Assembly (NCBI GenBank): GCA_030390025.1 | Contig: CM059449.1 | Location: 930,001-994,000 of the forward strand | Origin: Squalus acanthias | Lineage: Eukaryota | DNA: 64,000 nt | Direction: 5' to 3' | In this document: in pieces, positions 59,941 through 64,000 of the stretch | Layout: the number at the start of each line of letters is the position of its first letter | How positions within the stretch are numbered: position 1 is the stretch's first letter | Position numbers and translations under genes: made by a program | The notes under the pieces: model-generated | What the model was told of the DNA's origin: nothing | What the model saw: only the letters and a program-made list of their open reading frames with translations | The model's database searches: none

Positions 59941-62352
59941 CACACAGGCACTGGTGGCCAGAATCACCAGTTAACACTCAGCAGTGGCTGATTCTTGTTC
60001 CTCTCTGGATGTTAAAAGCAATGGTGAATTCCAGCACTTCCTGAGGGAGAGCAGAACATCTGTGCTGTTTAGAAAGATGTGAACCTGTCTGTCAGTTAAT
60101 TGGAGGTACCAATAGACACATGTCCCTGCCAGCAGTAATGTTCAAACCCATTATTCTGTCCAACTGTTTCTCAGAGAGGAACCCGAGGTGAGTTTTACCA
60201 GCAGCAGCAGATGGTTCTGTTGTTTTATTTGAGTTGTTTGACAGGGAATGTGAGTAGGGACTGGACCATGGGGTAGATTTTCACATTGTAGCCCGGGTGT
60301 AAACCTGGCATTGTGAATCAGCCGCCCGCTGTTCTTTAATAGAAATGAAAATCGGGTGGGTTCTATAATGGGCCTTCCATCTGCAATGCCAGCTTTATGC
60401 CTGGGCAGCTCGTTGAAATTCTATCCCCATGGGTTAGTATTTTGAACATCTCAGTGCTGCCTGGAGCATTTCATTCACCGACACACAGACACGTGCACTA
60501 CGGACAAAAGCAGGTATCTGCACACTCAGGACAACACACTGGGTTTTGTATTAAATGAAACTTTATTTTCTGAATTGTATCCCAATAGTTAGGACATGCA
60601 AATAAAAATAAAATCCACAGCACACTAAATACAACAGGATAATAATGCTGCAACGGTAACCAATTTATATACAAGCTTGTGGACAGTCAACCATTCGAGA
60701 CAATGCTGAGCTGATCACAATGTTCACAGCAGATATATGGTGAAAACTCAACCAGGACTAAGTTGAGGAGAAGAGTCTGTTCTGGCCCACTATTGGCAGC
60801 AGTTATTGGGACCAGGAGAGTAAATCATGAAAACAAAACCAGGAAAGGTATAAGTATCAGGGCTGTACAGGATCAGTTCAACAAGACAGAATGAGTAGTC
60901 TGGCGAGCTCTGGCAGAAAGACAACTATTGTATTGTTTCACTTTTGAGGAGCTGGATGATAGATTTTTACTGTTAATCTGTGTGTAATACACAGGTATAT
61001 ATTTGCTTAATGTGGTTTAATTAATATTCCTTTAGACAAGCTGTTGAATTTCGGCTGCATAGATATGTATATATACAGTATCATCCGGTTATGTATTCGT
61101 TTGCTGATAAATAAATTTGCTGAATAATTCATCCTATAACGAGGTCTGACGATGCGCTAGTCTCCCCAAGGCTAGAGAAAAATCTTGTGAAAGCAAAAGA
61201 TAATTTCCAATAGCAAACCTACTAACAGAATGATTGTTCTGCTTGGCGTGTTACTGAAGGTTATTGAGAAAGTGAGGAAAGTGAAGAGTCATAAACATAG
61301 GGAGTCACAACTCACCCATGGAAATGATTTAAAATTACAGGAGCCAAAAAAATCTAGATTAAACAGGGTAAAGACCCAAAAATATACCCGGGACCACAGG
61401 AAGATCCAAGGAACAACCTCTCTCCTCCTTTTCTTGGTGAGGATCTTAAAGTTATGACCCACCACACAGTGGAAATAGTTTGTCCCCTCGAATCTTATCA
61501 AAATCTTTCATCACTTCTGTCTGATCTCTTAATCTTCTGTGTTGCAGTGAAATGAGTCCCAGTTTCTCCCGTCTCTCCTCACAACTAAACCTCATCTCTG
61601 ATATCCTCTCATTGAATTTCTTCTCCAGGGTCTTGACACCTTTTCCAAAGTGAGGCATTGAAAACTGGACACAATGTTCTAACTGAGGCCGAACCAATGA
61701 TTTGTATAGGTTTAGAATCATTTCTCTGTACTTTAGACTTCTGATTATAAAACCCAGGACCCCATATACTTGGCTTTATATTTTATAAACGGAACGGCTT
61801 TATCAAGTCCTGCTTCATTTTAAATTTGGAGACTTCCTTATGATCCCCCAAGGTATTGAAACTGTCCATCTCCAGAACACTCAGATGAGTTGCAATTCAA
61901 AAGATAAAGAGGCTAAGAGAAGGCCAACTCGGACAGGGAAACACTTTCAGTACGAGAGACTGAAGCATCTCTCCAAGTGTTGGAGGTGAAACGAGTATTA
62001 ATCATTTCACGAAATGCTTACAACGCTAATTCAGGAGTCATCCTTCAAGTCAGCTAGAAACCATCTGGGCCAAGAGCCTTATTAGCCTGAAGAGAGCCAA
62101 CAGCTTGAAGAACCACAGCCTGACTGATGGGACATCCAGGCACCTCAGAGGGAGAGTGACGTATGGGCTTTTAATGCAGATAAGGCACCAACACATTTCT
62201 ATGCTTGTAAATATTTCTACTGAACTAGTGAATCTTAACTCTATAAAGAGCATCACATTTAATGAGTTTAATACAAAAAATAGAAATTAATATAAATGTC
62301 AACGGCTCAGTCCATTTCAGATCTGCGAGGCACTTTAAGAAACATCTCTCAC

Positions 62353-63579
62353 CTACAAAGATATTTTGTCACCTCTAATGTTTTGGAGAGGACAGATTTT
62401 CAGTGGTTCTGAGTTTTTGCCTCCTTGGTTCAATCCAGGACTGAACAAAGGATACAGATCCCCACTGATACCAGTGACTGTGTGGAGAAGAGACTGACTT
62501 TCAGGATTGTAAAATGAGAGTGTTTTTTCCTTACAGTCCAGGTAAACTCTGATCTTCTTTGGTATCTGTCTCAGGCTCAGACTGCGGAGGATTACACTTG
62601 AACTGACAGCTTTGTACTCCTCCTCATCTTTCCGCAGCACAGCCCAGCACTCATTGGCCCGTAGTTTCCGACCCCCACGGGTGTGTACGAGCTGTGTACA
62701 CACCCGTAGAATCCTCTCAACAGGTCCTCCGCCTGCGGGTGGAGAGTTCTGCTTTCTGCAGAACCTCAGCCCGCTGAAAACCTTTAAAAATCTTACGCCT
62801 GGTAAAAGCAGGAATAAGGCTTGCTTTTACCAGCATAAGAATTTTAAAAAGTAAAAAAATAAAAAAAGGTTCACTCATTTATAGTTTAACCATACTTTTA
62901 AAAAAAGTAAGTTTGTTTTTAGTCCTGTAAAAAAAACTAATTATTTTTTTCAAAAAATTAAATTTTTGTTTGAAATATTTTTTTTACTAATTTTAAAAAT
63001 GTGATTTTTAAAAAATGTATTTAATGTTTTAGTGTGTTTTTTGAATGATCCCCATTCATACTTTTGACTGGTCTATCCGAAGAGACCTGTCGAAAGTGTG
63101 AAGGGGGATTCCCTTCTTTGATTGGTTCCCCAAGACCCACGTGATCCCAGGGATGCTGGCGAACCCCCTGCGCCCCCGGGATACCTGGGCCTCTGCGCGC
63201 GCACCAGGAGAGTCCCAGGAGCGCAAGTGTCGGGACCTACGGACCCAGCAGGCAAGTTTGTAGATTTTTTCCAGGTCGGAGGCATCCGCACGCAGGAAGC
63301 CTCCGATTGGAAAATCCGGGCCAATGTTGGGGGAAGCGGTAGTTGTGTTGTTCTCATCGACGGACTTCTTGGCAATGCCGATATTCCAGGCAGGCTTCAC
63401 CCCCACCTCCACCTCCCAGTAATGTTTACCTGATGCAAATGGGGCAGAACCCAGAATGCGTGGATAATGATCAAACCTTTCCTTGGTGTGATGAGGCGTC
63501 TCTCGGTGGGTCACGCTCATCTTGTCCCCGGACAGGTTTAACTCGGAATGCGCTGTGTTGTAATCCATGGTTACTGAAA
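62353..63579 (-). pseudogene. Second copy of the gene A B30.2 exon (gene A'), interrupted by a 667-bp MITE
   Basis: Near-identical to 9044..9600; 1227 nt minus 670 nt (insert plus TSD) gives 557 nt, the same length. The upstream exons would lie beyond the window. Confidence 0.9.
62656..63322. mobile_element. Harbinger-type MITE (667 bp) inserted in a B30.2 exon
   Basis: Imperfect TIRs GGCCCGTAGTTTCC / GGAAAATCCGGGCC; 3-bp TSD ATT/AAT against a single AAT at the empty site (9344). Confidence 0.9.
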
Positions 63580-64000
63580 CTAAATGAAAGATTGCATTTT
63601 ATTGGCAGATTGATTCCATGAGGTGAATTCTCACTTACCGCCGCGCGGAGAAGAGGCCGTAGCGGATTGGCCGCTGGTTTTACACACTTCGAAAACTTAC
63701 GGCCTCTTCCCTCCTCCTTTCCCATTCTTTTCACACATCACAAATACTGAGCAGAGGAAATTCTCATTTGTTTATGGTGTCGCGAAACAATATGACTGCT
63801 GAATATCTTCACTAATAATGGCCGACTGTATTCAGACTGATTAAAATGCTAATATCCAACTTCACAGAGTGCCCAATCTTTAAACATCTCCATCTTGCAC
63901 TGTGCACAGCCCCTTCCCTCCCTATTTCCCACTCACAAGCTCTAAGCAGCCAGTTACACTGCAGGTGTAGAGGGTGAGATGGACTGACAGACACAAGTGA

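Larger units (their letters stand above)
59601..64000 (+). repeat. Segmental duplication of 1..~15010 (direct orientation)
   Basis: Collinear blocks: 1-340~59601-59940, 2441-4018~60018-61594, 8750-9345~62082-62655, 9343-9745~63323-63722, 10056-10122~63725-63791, 14950-15010~63942-64000. Confidence 0.95.

Overview
Eukaryotic genomic DNA, very probably from a shark or other cartilaginous fish (inferred from the repeat families), and mostly transposon-derived. The core is a head-to-head pair of butyrophilin-like (BTN/BTNL) genes whose start codons are only ~1.85 kb apart. Gene B (+, 31476-55791) is canonical and intact: leader-IgV-IgC-TM-two 27-nt micro-exons-B30.2, 477 aa as modelled. Gene A (-, 29625-9044) has leader-IgC-TM-micro-exons-B30.2 but no IgV exon, and carries a 26-nt micro-exon that puts its intact B30.2 out of frame unless it is skipped. 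The start of the window (1-15 kb) recurs at 59.6-64 kb, so the pair sits in a ~60-kb tandem duplication unit; the second gene A B30.2 exon is split by a Harbinger-type MITE. Notable mobile elements: an apparently intact autonomous Harbinger (transposase plus 3-exon Myb/SANT gene, TIRs, TGA TSD) with a deletion derivative; a young Penelope palindrome with 461-bp arms and hammerhead ribozymes in the last intron of gene B; a LINE with a tRNA-derived Pol III head and no ORF1; near-full-length CR1s; Deu-type SINEs; L2 and RTE fragments. There is also a CCAAT/GC-box minisatellite next to a GC-shifted Penelope relic. All exon models were read by eye from splice signals and codon phase; no database searches were run.
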